A DNA stretch of 24,000 nucleotides from Thermococcus barophilus MP. GTDB taxonomy: Archaea > Methanobacteriota_B > Thermococci > Thermococcales > Thermococcaceae. How positions within the stretch are numbered: the first letter of the stretch is position 1; the number at the start of each line of letters is the position of its first letter. Made by a program: the position numbers and the translations under genes. The notes beneath the pieces are model-generated. The model saw only the letters and a list, made by a program, of their open reading frames with translations, was not told the DNA's origin and did not search any database. This document shows, one piece after another, positions 1 to 6,459 of this stretch. Location of the stretch: NCBI RefSeq assembly GCF_000151105.2, contig NC_014804.1:1514567-1538566 (forward strand), written 5' to 3'.

Positions 1-111
1 TTATCCCCATCAACCCAATGAAAATATAGAGAGGGGCGAGGGTTCTTGTGTTCATTCAAACCTCCTCAGATAGTCAGTCCTCTCATCACCGCTCAGCAAC
101 GGGTTTACTCA

Positions 112-1425
112 TCACCCAAGCATTTCCTTAACTTCTTTAGCTATTTTTTCAATTGCAACACTCTTCTGCTCTCCAGTTGCCATATCCCTAATCGTGGCTT
201 TTCCTTCAGCCAAATCCCTCTTTCCAAGTATCACAACAACGGGTATTTCAAGCTTATCCGCGTACTCCAAAGCTTTCCTCAGCTTTCTGCCCTGCAGATC
301 ATACTCCGCCTTTATTCCAGCTTTCCTGAGGGCTTGGGTTATCTCTATCGCCTTGGCTTTAACCTCAAGCTCCTTTCCAATGTAAACCACAAAAACGTCT
401 GGGCTCAATCTAAAGCTTGGTAAGAGACCTTTGCTTTCCAATATCGGAATTAATCTCTCAATTCCAATAGCGAAGCCTGTAGCTGGTGTCGGCTTTCCGC
501 CGAAGACCTCTATTAAGTTGTCATACCTACCGCCGCCCCCGATGGAGCCTATGCCGAGATCGTTGGGAGCTATCGCTTCAAATACAATGCTCGTGTAGTA
601 ATCAAAGCCTCTCGCGATTCCAAAATCAATTAAAGCGTAATCATAAACGCCATAAGCCTTCAGGAGTTCAAACAACTCCTCAATCTTTTTCAGCTCCTCT
701 TTAGCCTTATCACTTTTGAAAAGCTCGTAAGCCTTTGGCAAAATTTCATCTGGCTTTCCTTTAAGCTCAATCAAAAAGAGAACCTTTTCTACAGCTTCAT
801 CACTCAGCCCAAAGTCCTTGAGTGCAGCAATAAAATCTTCTCTGCTCATCTTGTCTTTCTTATCAATTAATCTCATCAATCCAATATCATCCTCAACACC
901 AAGCATTTTAGCAAACTCATCTAAAAGAACTCTGTCGCCTATATTAACTGTAAAGTCCTTAAGACCCGTTGAAAGATAGCTTTCAATCATTAGAGCTATT
1001 ACCTCAGCATCAGCCTCAATGTTCGCTGAACCTATCAGCTCAACACCAGCCTGCCAGAACTCCCTCAAGCGACCGCTCTGTGGCTCTTCGTAGCGGAACA
1101 TGTTTGTTATGTAGTACCACTTCACGGGCTTTGGAACGTTCTGAAACTTGTTCACAAAGAGCCTTGCGACACTTGATGTCAAATCTGGCCTCAGAGATAT
1201 GTCCCTCCCACCTTTGTCTTTAAATGCATAGAGCTGCTTCACAACTTCCTCTCCGCTCCTAAGCTGAAAGAGTTTGGTGTACTCAAATGTTGGAGTGAGG
1301 ATTTCTTTAAAGCCATAAACCTCAAAGACCTCTCTTATTCTCTCGAACACCCATCTTCTTTTAGCCATGTCCTCTGGAAGCAGATCTCTCGTTCCTTTTA
1401 CCCTTTCAATTCTCTCCTTTACCAT
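112..1425 (-). CDS. hisS: histidine--tRNA ligase (HisRS)
   Basis: 437-aa ORF starting MVKERIERVKGTRDLLPEDM. Class II aaRS motifs are present (FRYEEPQSGRLREFWQ, GGGGRYD), followed by a C-terminal anticodon-binding domain. ATG at 1425 is preceded by GGTGG. Confidence 0.95.
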   Translation of the reverse strand: MVKERIERVKGTRDLLPEDMAKRRWVFERIREVFEVYGFKEILTPTFEYTKLFQLRSGEEVVKQLYAFKDKGGRDISLRPDLTSSVARLFVNKFQNVPKPVKWYYITNMFRYEEPQSGRLREFWQAGVELIGSANIEADAEVIALMIESYLSTGLKDFTVNIGDRVLLDEFAKMLGVEDDIGLMRLIDKKDKMSREDFIAALKDFGLSDEAVEKVLFLIELKGKPDEILPKAYELFKSDKAKEELKKIEELFELLKAYGVYDYALIDFGIARGFDYYTSIVFEAIAPNDLGIGSIGGGGRYDNLIEVFGGKPTPATGFAIGIERLIPILESKGLLPSFRLSPDVFVVYIGKELEVKAKAIEITQALRKAGIKAEYDLQGRKLRKALEYADKLEIPVVVILGKRDLAEGKATIRDMATGEQKSVAIEKIAKEVKEMLG

Positions 1426-1477
1426 TTTACCACCTTCCTGCCATTAAAGATGCAAAAAACCTTAAAAGTTATTTGCC

Positions 1478-2095
1478 TCAAGCAGAGCTCTCAAGCAGTC
1501 TGAGGAAAATTCCTCCAACACCTTCAACCATCATCTGCGCACCAATTGCCATCGTAAAGAGACCAATTATCCTGATGAAGACACCCAAAGTTGTCTTGCT
1601 TATGTTCTCTATCATATAGAGCGTCACAAACATCAGCAGAGCAGTCAGCAAAATCGCTATCAAGATAGCCGAGGCGGAGACCTTTATACCATACTCCGCT
1701 GTCAGGGTGATTGCAGTTGTTATCGCAGCAGGTCCTGCTATAAGGGGAGTTGCAACAGGAACAGCAGCCAAGGCTAAGATGTTCTTCTCCTTCTTGAGCG
1801 TTACCATGCCGCCACCTTCCAGTGCCTCAAGACCTATTTTAAACAGAACAAACCCTCCAGCAATCTTCAAGGCATTCAAGTCAATGTGAAAAATGTCCTG
1901 GAGGATTATTTTACCAGCTACTGCAAAAATTATGAGCAGGATAAAGCCGATTAAGTTTGCCCTGATGATGAGCTGCTTTATGTCTTCTATGTGAAAGTCC
2001 TCCCTAAGTAGGCTAACCAAGAGGATCTTATCGCTCGGATCAATCATGATTAGCATCAGCAGTGAGGCGCTGAGGATTTCTCCAATCATCGACAT
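1478..2095 (-). CDS. MarC/UPF0056 family integral membrane protein
   Basis: About 205 aa and almost entirely hydrophobic helices, with an AGPAAITT-type motif typical of MarC-family proteins. The ORF track starts at TTG 2098; the adjacent ATG at 2095 is more likely. Confidence 0.7.
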   Translation of the reverse strand: MSMIGEILSASLLMLIMIDPSDKILLVSLLREDFHIEDIKQLIIRANLIGFILLIIFAVAGKIILQDIFHIDLNALKIAGGFVLFKIGLEALEGGGMVTLKKEKNILALAAVPVATPLIAGPAAITTAITLTAEYGIKVSASAILIAILLTALLMFVTLYMIENISKTTLGVFIRIIGLFTMAIGAQMMVEGVGGIFLRLLESSA

Positions 2096-2131
2096 CAACC
2101 TTTTGAACGATGGCCAGCTTATAAAGTTATG

Positions 2132-2533
2132 CTACCTGTCTTTCATTAGCTTCATGAATTCATTGGGGGTGTAAACTTTGCTGTACCATTCAAAGTCTTT
2201 CTTGTTGTTTGTTATCAGCGGAGCGTTAAGCTTCACTGCTAACGCGCCTATCATGTAGTCTCTTGCGTTTTTTGAAAAATCCCATCTACCAAGAGCATTT
2301 TTCACAACAATCTTGGCACACTCATCATCAAATGGATAAACCCTTATTCCCAAGACATTAAGAAAGGCATCAACATAGGCTTTACCTTCCTCATAACTAC
2401 CACGCTTTTTTGCATGGTGGTAAAGGTACTCTATATACGCCACTGCACTCAGTATAGGTTCATGGGGACTTTTCTTAAGCCATTTGAGGAACTCTTTATC
2501 ATGAAGAACGTTTGTGTCAAGAACTATCTTCAT
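2132..2533 (-). CDS. vapC: PIN-domain ribonuclease toxin VapC
   Basis: 133 aa. The N-terminus MKIVLDTNVL carries the first PIN acidic residue, with further conserved acidic positions downstream. It overlaps the upstream antitoxin gene by 17 nt, the classic vapBC arrangement. Confidence 0.85.
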   Translation of the reverse strand: MKIVLDTNVLHDKEFLKWLKKSPHEPILSAVAYIEYLYHHAKKRGSYEEGKAYVDAFLNVLGIRVYPFDDECAKIVVKNALGRWDFSKNARDYMIGALAVKLNAPLITNNKKDFEWYSKVYTPNEFMKLMKDR

Positions 2534-2759
2534 CTGCTTTCCTCCTGAAAATTTTACTAAGCCCTTCCCTCATTTCTTCAGTGGTCTCATCAATGTCCTT
2601 TGAAAGCTCAGTCATTTCTTCAAGAAGGTCTTCGAATTTCATGATCACGTACCCTTCCTTAGTCTTGACAAAGACAACCTCATCACCAGCCTTTATATTG
2701 AGTGCCTCCCTAACCTCCTTGGGAATTGTTACTTGGTATTTCCTTGTAACAGTTACCAT
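2517..2759 (-). CDS. vapB: AbrB/SpoVT-type antitoxin VapB
   Basis: MVTVTRKYQVTIPKEVREALNIKAGDEVVF is a swapped-hairpin AbrB/MazE-like DNA-binding motif. The ORF track extends to 2810, but the ATG at 2759 has GGTGA 5 nt upstream, and the extra N-terminal 17 aa look like read-through. Confidence 0.8.
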   Translation of the reverse strand: MVTVTRKYQVTIPKEVREALNIKAGDEVVFVKTKEGYVIMKFEDLLEEMTELSKDIDETTEEMREGLSKIFRRKADEDSS

Positions 2760-2839
2760 TACAATCACCAAAATGTAATACCAAAATGAGGTTAATAAGG
2801 CTATCGTCACCTATTTTAATATGCGTCGTGGAGAATAAA

Positions 2840-3060
2840 GTATGCGATGATGAAACCGGGGTCTTCTTCACGTGAGTTTTCGTGAACCCACGTGAAGATT
2901 CATTCCCCGTGCAACGACGGGTGCCCAGACTTAGACCGTCCCGCCCACTCTTCTTCTCGTTTAGTTCGCTACGGCGGAACGGGTCGCCCGAACACCCACC
3001 GAGTTCAGCCAGCCCTCTACCTCGCCTTGCTCACAGACTTCATTGGACCGGCATCATTAC
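2840..3060 (-). ncRNA. unclassified GC-rich structured RNA with two kink-turn hairpins (ends approximate)
   Basis: Hand count over 2851-3060 gives 120/210 G+C (57%), versus 9/40 in the flanking 3061-3100. On the minus strand G=73 and C=47. Read on the minus strand the region folds into a nested structure. Closing helix: 3057-3052 with 2852-2847. Arm Kt-A spans 3051-3009. A central arm has helices 3001-2993/2923-2915 and 2982-2973/2945-2936. Arm Kt-B spans 2908-2858. Five G-U wobbles in these helices would be C-A mismatches on the plus strand, and the two k-turn motifs (AAU bulge plus tandem G-A/A-G) exist only in the minus reading. A BRE/TATA-like CGAAATACTTAAATA sits about 27 nt upstream of 3060 on the minus strand, and a T-rich CTTTATTCT follows the 3' side. 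Confidence 0.55.
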
Positions 3061-3100
3061 CAAAAACTATTTAAGAACATATGTATTTAAGTATTTCGGT
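3061..3100. promoter_or_regulatory. divergent promoter region with TATTTAAG direct repeat and imperfect palindrome
   Basis: TATTTAAG occurs at 3068-3075 and again at 3084-3091. ACATATGT (3077-3084) is the core of an imperfect 20-bp palindrome spanning 3071-3090. The first box lies about 26 nt upstream of the GGTGA/ATG of the RHH gene. The second, read on the minus strand as CTTAAATA with an upstream CGAAA, lies about 27 nt from the RNA 5' end. Confidence 0.35.
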
Positions 3101-3107
3101 GAATACG

Positions 3108-3269
3108 ATGGGAGTCATAACCGTGAAAATACCCGACGATTTAGAAGTGAGGTTCCGAAAGAAAATCCTCGACGTTTATGGCGTCAAAAAAGGAGCACTT
3201 GGGAAGGCGATAAGTGAGGCGATCGAACTATGGCTGGAAAAACACGAAAAATCCGGAGAGCGGAAGTAA
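3108..3269 (+). CDS. ribbon-helix-helix (CopG/Arc-like) DNA-binding protein
   Basis: 53 aa from ATG 3108, with GGTGA at 3098-3102. The layout is beta strand VITVKIPDDL, helix EVRFRKKILDVYG, turn KKGAL, then helix GKAISEAIELWLEK, which is the RHH pattern. The ORF track starts 9 codons earlier at 3081. The gene overlaps the next gene by 40 nt. Confidence 0.75.
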   Translation: MGVITVKIPDDLEVRFRKKILDVYGVKKGALGKAISEAIELWLEKHEKSGERK

Positions 3270-4291
3270 ATTACATAACCATAAAGACAAGACTCAAACC
3301 AGAAACAAAAGACGACTACTTAAAACTTGCACTCCTCTGCGAGAGGTTCAAAAAGGCAGTAGAATTAGCAATACGATTTCAACTAAAGGGTCTCAAGAAG
3401 AGCGAGGGCGTGAAAGAAATATCACGGCTAATCCTTAACAACTGGTGGTATTCTGATAGTGCGTGGGATTATGCGAAAATGTTGTTGAAAGGGACAACAC
3501 AAAACGGTGGGAATCCAAAACATATTCACCTGAAGTCAAAGTTCCTCATCAGCAAACCAAAGGAGAATGAAAACGGAAACAGAAACGTGAGAATGGAAGG
3601 GGTGAAGGTTAAAATACGCTCGAACGGGGAGTGGCTGAATTTCAAACTCAAAACAGTGGGAAAATTTCTTCCGGTTGTTCTCAACGCTCAAAAGTCCAAA
3701 TACGGTGCACAGATAGTCCTGAAGAATGGGAGGGCTTATCTGCACTTGCAAATCCCATTCTGGATTTATCTTGAGCATTTTAGGAGAACCACAAAGGGAC
3801 GGTTGTATGCGGGTTTTGACTTGAACTCGGACAGGGTGAATATGGTTATTCTAGACGAGAACGGGATTATTCGGGACGTTAAAGTTGTGCATTTTCCAGA
3901 GGTTAATTCTCCGGGTTTCTCTAAGTGGAAGGCGAAGGACTCAAGGGTGAAGGCTCTCTCCCAGCTACTTGACTATGCGTATTATCACGGTGTTAGGGTC
4001 GTGTTTTTTGAGGATTTAGAGAGGATTAAACGCAGGAATGGAAAGGCTGCGAGTTCGAGGAGAGGAAACAGGAAGGCGTTAAATTTTGCTAAGAAGGAGT
4101 TATTGGAACACGGGGTTATTATAGCGTTGAAAAGGGGCTTCGAAGTGTTTTTGGTTAATCCCGCTGGTTCTTCCAAGTTGGGAAAAGAATTAAGTCGGAG
4201 ACTGGGTTTTGACGTTCACTCATCGTCAGCATTCGTTATTGGTTGGTGGGGATTAAACTACCTGAAAACTCACAAAATAAAGAACAATTAA
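3230..4291 (+). CDS. compact TnpB-like RuvC-fold protein lacking the zinc ribbon (IS200/IS605 OrfB-derived, stand-alone)
   Basis: 353 aa. The N-terminus VNYITIKTRLKPETKDDYLKLALLCERFKKAV resembles the TnpB N-terminal strand-helix. RuvC-I is AGFD(197)LNSD, RuvC-II is VVFFE(261)DLERIK, and FLVNPAGSS (residues 307-315; VNPAGSS at 309-315) stands in for the NPAYTSQ motif. RuvC-III is GFD(328)VHSSSAFVIG, compared with DRDxNAAxNI. The whole protein has one Cys (C37), so no CxxC...CxxC zinc finger exists. No tnpA is adjacent. Confidence 0.8.
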   Translation: MAGKTRKIRRAEVNYITIKTRLKPETKDDYLKLALLCERFKKAVELAIRFQLKGLKKSEGVKEISRLILNNWWYSDSAWDYAKMLLKGTTQNGGNPKHIHLKSKFLISKPKENENGNRNVRMEGVKVKIRSNGEWLNFKLKTVGKFLPVVLNAQKSKYGAQIVLKNGRAYLHLQIPFWIYLEHFRRTTKGRLYAGFDLNSDRVNMVILDENGIIRDVKVVHFPEVNSPGFSKWKAKDSRVKALSQLLDYAYYHGVRVVFFEDLERIKRRNGKAASSRRGNRKALNFAKKELLEHGVIIALKRGFEVFLVNPAGSSKLGKELSRRLGFDVHSSSAFVIGWWGLNYLKTHKIKNN

Positions 4292-4315
4292 TTTTGGGCA
4301 CTGGATGATTGGTAA

Positions 4316-4942
4316 TTAGCGCTCGGTTGGCTGAGCCCTCTCAAAACGGTATATGTCAACCTTTATTCTCTCCAACCTCTTTCGATGGAAAAAGAACTGA
4401 GCTGGAATTTCAAAGTCAACTGTTAGTCGGTGCGTTATTGTAAAGCCATTATCCCTAACAAATGCCTCGATGAATTTCCTAACTTCAGGCTTTGCCAGAT
4501 GAATAGAATAGACAACTTTGCTTATTTCAAAAGCTTTGAGAAGAAAAGGTCTGTCTGCTTTTGGATTTTGAGAGCCAAAGGGAGGATTCATGATGACAGC
4601 ATCAGCTTGCTTATCAAAAAAGCTCACATCGGATAAAATCAACTCAACACAGGTTTCCACACTCAATGCCTTTACATTTTCCTCTGCTATTTTCAAAGCA
4701 CTCTCATCTATTTCAACAGCGTAAACCTTTTTTGCCCCCAAAAGGCAAGCTCCCACACTTAAAACTCCAGTACCTGCACCTAAATCGGCTATAACTTTGC
4801 CTTCGACATCACCCAAAGAATAAGCCAACCATAAAAGCTCAGCTGCAACGTTTCCCGGAGTTCTATATTGTTCGAGCTCTGCTTTAGGATTTTCAAACCC
4901 TTTGAGCCTTGAGAGGAGCATTGCAAGGTGCTTCTTCTTCAT
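4316..4942 (-). CDS. METTL5-like SAM-dependent N6-adenine RNA methyltransferase (COG2263 family)
   Basis: 208 aa with the SAM motif I DLGAGTGVLSVGA, an acidic loop AVEID, and the catalytic NPPFG motif (VIMNPPFGSQ). The N-terminus KAELEQYRTPGNVAAELLW is typical of the archaeal METTL5 homologue family. Confidence 0.8.
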   Translation of the reverse strand: MKKKHLAMLLSRLKGFENPKAELEQYRTPGNVAAELLWLAYSLGDVEGKVIADLGAGTGVLSVGACLLGAKKVYAVEIDESALKIAEENVKALSVETCVELILSDVSFFDKQADAVIMNPPFGSQNPKADRPFLLKAFEISKVVYSIHLAKPEVRKFIEAFVRDNGFTITHRLTVDFEIPAQFFFHRKRLERIKVDIYRFERAQPTER

Positions 4943-4944
4943 AG

Positions 4945-5325
4945 CTAACCCCTCATGTAGCGGAGCAGCTCCTCAAAGCGTATCTCAAACCTGAAGCCCG
5001 GAATGTTGTAAATTGTGCCAATTGTCGTTAAGATGAACATTACAACAACAAGCGCTATTATGAAGCCAAACTCCGCCGTTAAAGCCGATACAATCGCTTC
5101 CCTTGAGTTTAAGCCTGTGATGAGCAGCATAATGAAGAGGAAGAAAAAGCCAAGGAAGATATCAATGTAAAGAGAAATAAAAACACCAAATATTGAAATG
5201 GTTAAGAGCAGAAGCTTTCTTGGCTTCTTATATGTAAAAACTTCTATAGCGGTCTTTAAGAAGCTGTAGTACATGAAAATTAGCAAAACGTGAAGCGCAG
5301 AGTCCAGCATTATTCTAAGCATCAT
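4945..5325 (-). CDS. small hypothetical membrane protein
   Basis: 126 aa with three to four hydrophobic helices. It is tightly packed between dph2 (stop 5327) and the methyltransferase (start 4942), which suggests co-transcription. No family was recognised. Confidence 0.55.
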   Translation of the reverse strand: MMLRIMLDSALHVLLIFMYYSFLKTAIEVFTYKKPRKLLLLTISIFGVFISLYIDIFLGFFFLFIMLLITGLNSREAIVSALTAEFGFIIALVVVMFILTTIGTIYNIPGFRFEIRFEELLRYMRG

Positions 5326-5326
5326 T

Positions 5327-6370
5327 TCACCTCTTTGGAAGCTTTAGACTTATTCCAAACGGCTCGTCTTTTTCTCTCTTACCCCCAAGAATTTCATCAA
5401 ACTCATACTCTTCTCTCAAGCCAAGCAGTAGTTCAACTTCAGGAGGAGTTAATATGGGCTTTCTCCATCTCTCTGCATCGTCTATTGGAACTCTCGGACA
5501 GGCAACCACAACATAGGCATCAAAATCAAAACCCTCCAAAGCCTCTGGACTTATATAGTTCATTGCTATCAGTTGTGCTTCTCTCCCGTGCTCTTTCAAG
5601 AGTTTCATTATTCTCTTGGCTTCCCCTAAGCGTAGCTGACCCCTTTTGGTGCTTATTATTACGCCAAACTTTTTGGCATCATAAGCCTTAGCAACCATTC
5701 CCCATCTCTTTCTCACAATCCTCTCCGTATTTACCCAAGAGAAGTCTCCACTGTATGGGTTAATAGCTAACGTTGGCTTTTTTGTAGCTAAAGCAACACC
5801 AATTGGATGAAAATAGCCAGCCCCAATTAATAAAATCCCATCAACATCTCTTCCAACCCTTGCCGCTGTAAAGTTGCACCCCAAAATCTGTCCAGCAAAT
5901 GAAACTCTATTATCTCCTTTGCCAATGAAAACTCGGAAGCCTTTCCCTTCTAAAAACTGCTTTGCTCTTTCCAAATCCCTTATGTGCTGAACCGTGGTTA
6001 CAAGAGCAATTTTTCTGCCAAGCTTTTTAATCTCGTTTAAATTCTTCTCCAAAGCTTTCACAACATCAACCTTGGCAAAAGCAGGGACAAAGAGGGTTGG
6101 AACTTCCAGATTAAGCTGCATGTAAGAGTGACCCAAATGGATCAGAGCATCACAGCCGAGCATCTTAGCCTCTCTATCCGCTAAATCGCAAGCTCCATAA
6201 TTTATGTCGCCACTTATTATCGCTTCAACTCCGTTCTTTCCCAAAAATTCAGCCAAAGCTTGGGCTTCTTTCTTTAACCCTTCTGGAGTCTGAATCAACA
6301 CTTTCTTAGCATTCAGCTCTCTGATCTTTTGAAGTATCTCTTGGAAAGGAATCTCATGCAAGATACTCAC
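5327..6370 (-). CDS. dph2: 2-(3-amino-3-carboxypropyl)histidine synthase Dph2 (diphthamide biosynthesis)
   Basis: LHEIPFQEILQKIRELNAKKVLIQTPEGLKKEA...INYGACDLADREAKMLGCDALIHLGHS matches the radical-SAM Dph2 family as I recall the Pyrococcus horikoshii protein. The ORF track starts at ATG 6403, which sits almost on a TATA-like AAATATAAAG (6415-6406). GTG 6370 or TTG 6361 downstream fit the homologue's N-terminus better. Confidence 0.9.
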   Translation of the reverse strand: MSILHEIPFQEILQKIRELNAKKVLIQTPEGLKKEAQALAEFLGKNGVEAIISGDINYGACDLADREAKMLGCDALIHLGHSYMQLNLEVPTLFVPAFAKVDVVKALEKNLNEIKKLGRKIALVTTVQHIRDLERAKQFLEGKGFRVFIGKGDNRVSFAGQILGCNFTAARVGRDVDGILLIGAGYFHPIGVALATKKPTLAINPYSGDFSWVNTERIVRKRWGMVAKAYDAKKFGVIISTKRGQLRLGEAKRIMKLLKEHGREAQLIAMNYISPEALEGFDFDAYVVVACPRVPIDDAERWRKPILTPPEVELLLGLREEYEFDEILGGKREKDEPFGISLKLPKR

Positions 6371-6459
6371 TTTAACCCCTCTGTGGAGAAGCTTTGACCA
6401 CAAGCTTTATATTTCTAATGCTCCCACAATACATCGAAGTCCGAGGTATGGTGATCAAG

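Noticed and set aside
36-89. Possible C/D box sRNA on the minus strand just downstream of hisS (GTGATGA at 89-83, CTGA at 69-66, TGAATGA at 58-52)
   Set aside because: The obligatory terminal D box CTGA is missing at the expected position, where the sequence is TCGC (39-36). No terminal stem is present either, so this is probably a chance occurrence.
2840-3060. Plus-strand reading of the GC-rich RNA, including the C-box-like GATGATGA at 2846-2853
   Set aside because: There is no CTGA D box near the other end. On the plus strand, five positions in the best helices become C-A mismatches, both k-turn motifs disappear, and C greatly exceeds G (73 vs 47). H/ACA was also rejected because there are no pseudouridylation pockets or ACA boxes after the hairpins. 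RNase P, SRP, 5S and tRNA were rejected because their conserved motifs are absent.
2882-3217. 111-aa and 60-aa plus-strand ORFs (2882-3217, 2892-3074) across the GC-rich island
   Set aside because: The translations are Pro/Arg/Ser-rich low-complexity sequence, as expected from reading GC-rich structured RNA. No RBS is present. The ORF runs through the AT-rich promoter block and into the RHH gene out of frame.
4150-4316. Canonical omega RNA overlapping the 3' end of the TnpB-like gene
   Set aside because: The region is AT-rich with no strong helices. Only 24 nt separate the stop codon from the convergent methyltransferase gene. The small GCTC...GAGC repeat at 4318-4336 lies within that gene's coding sequence.
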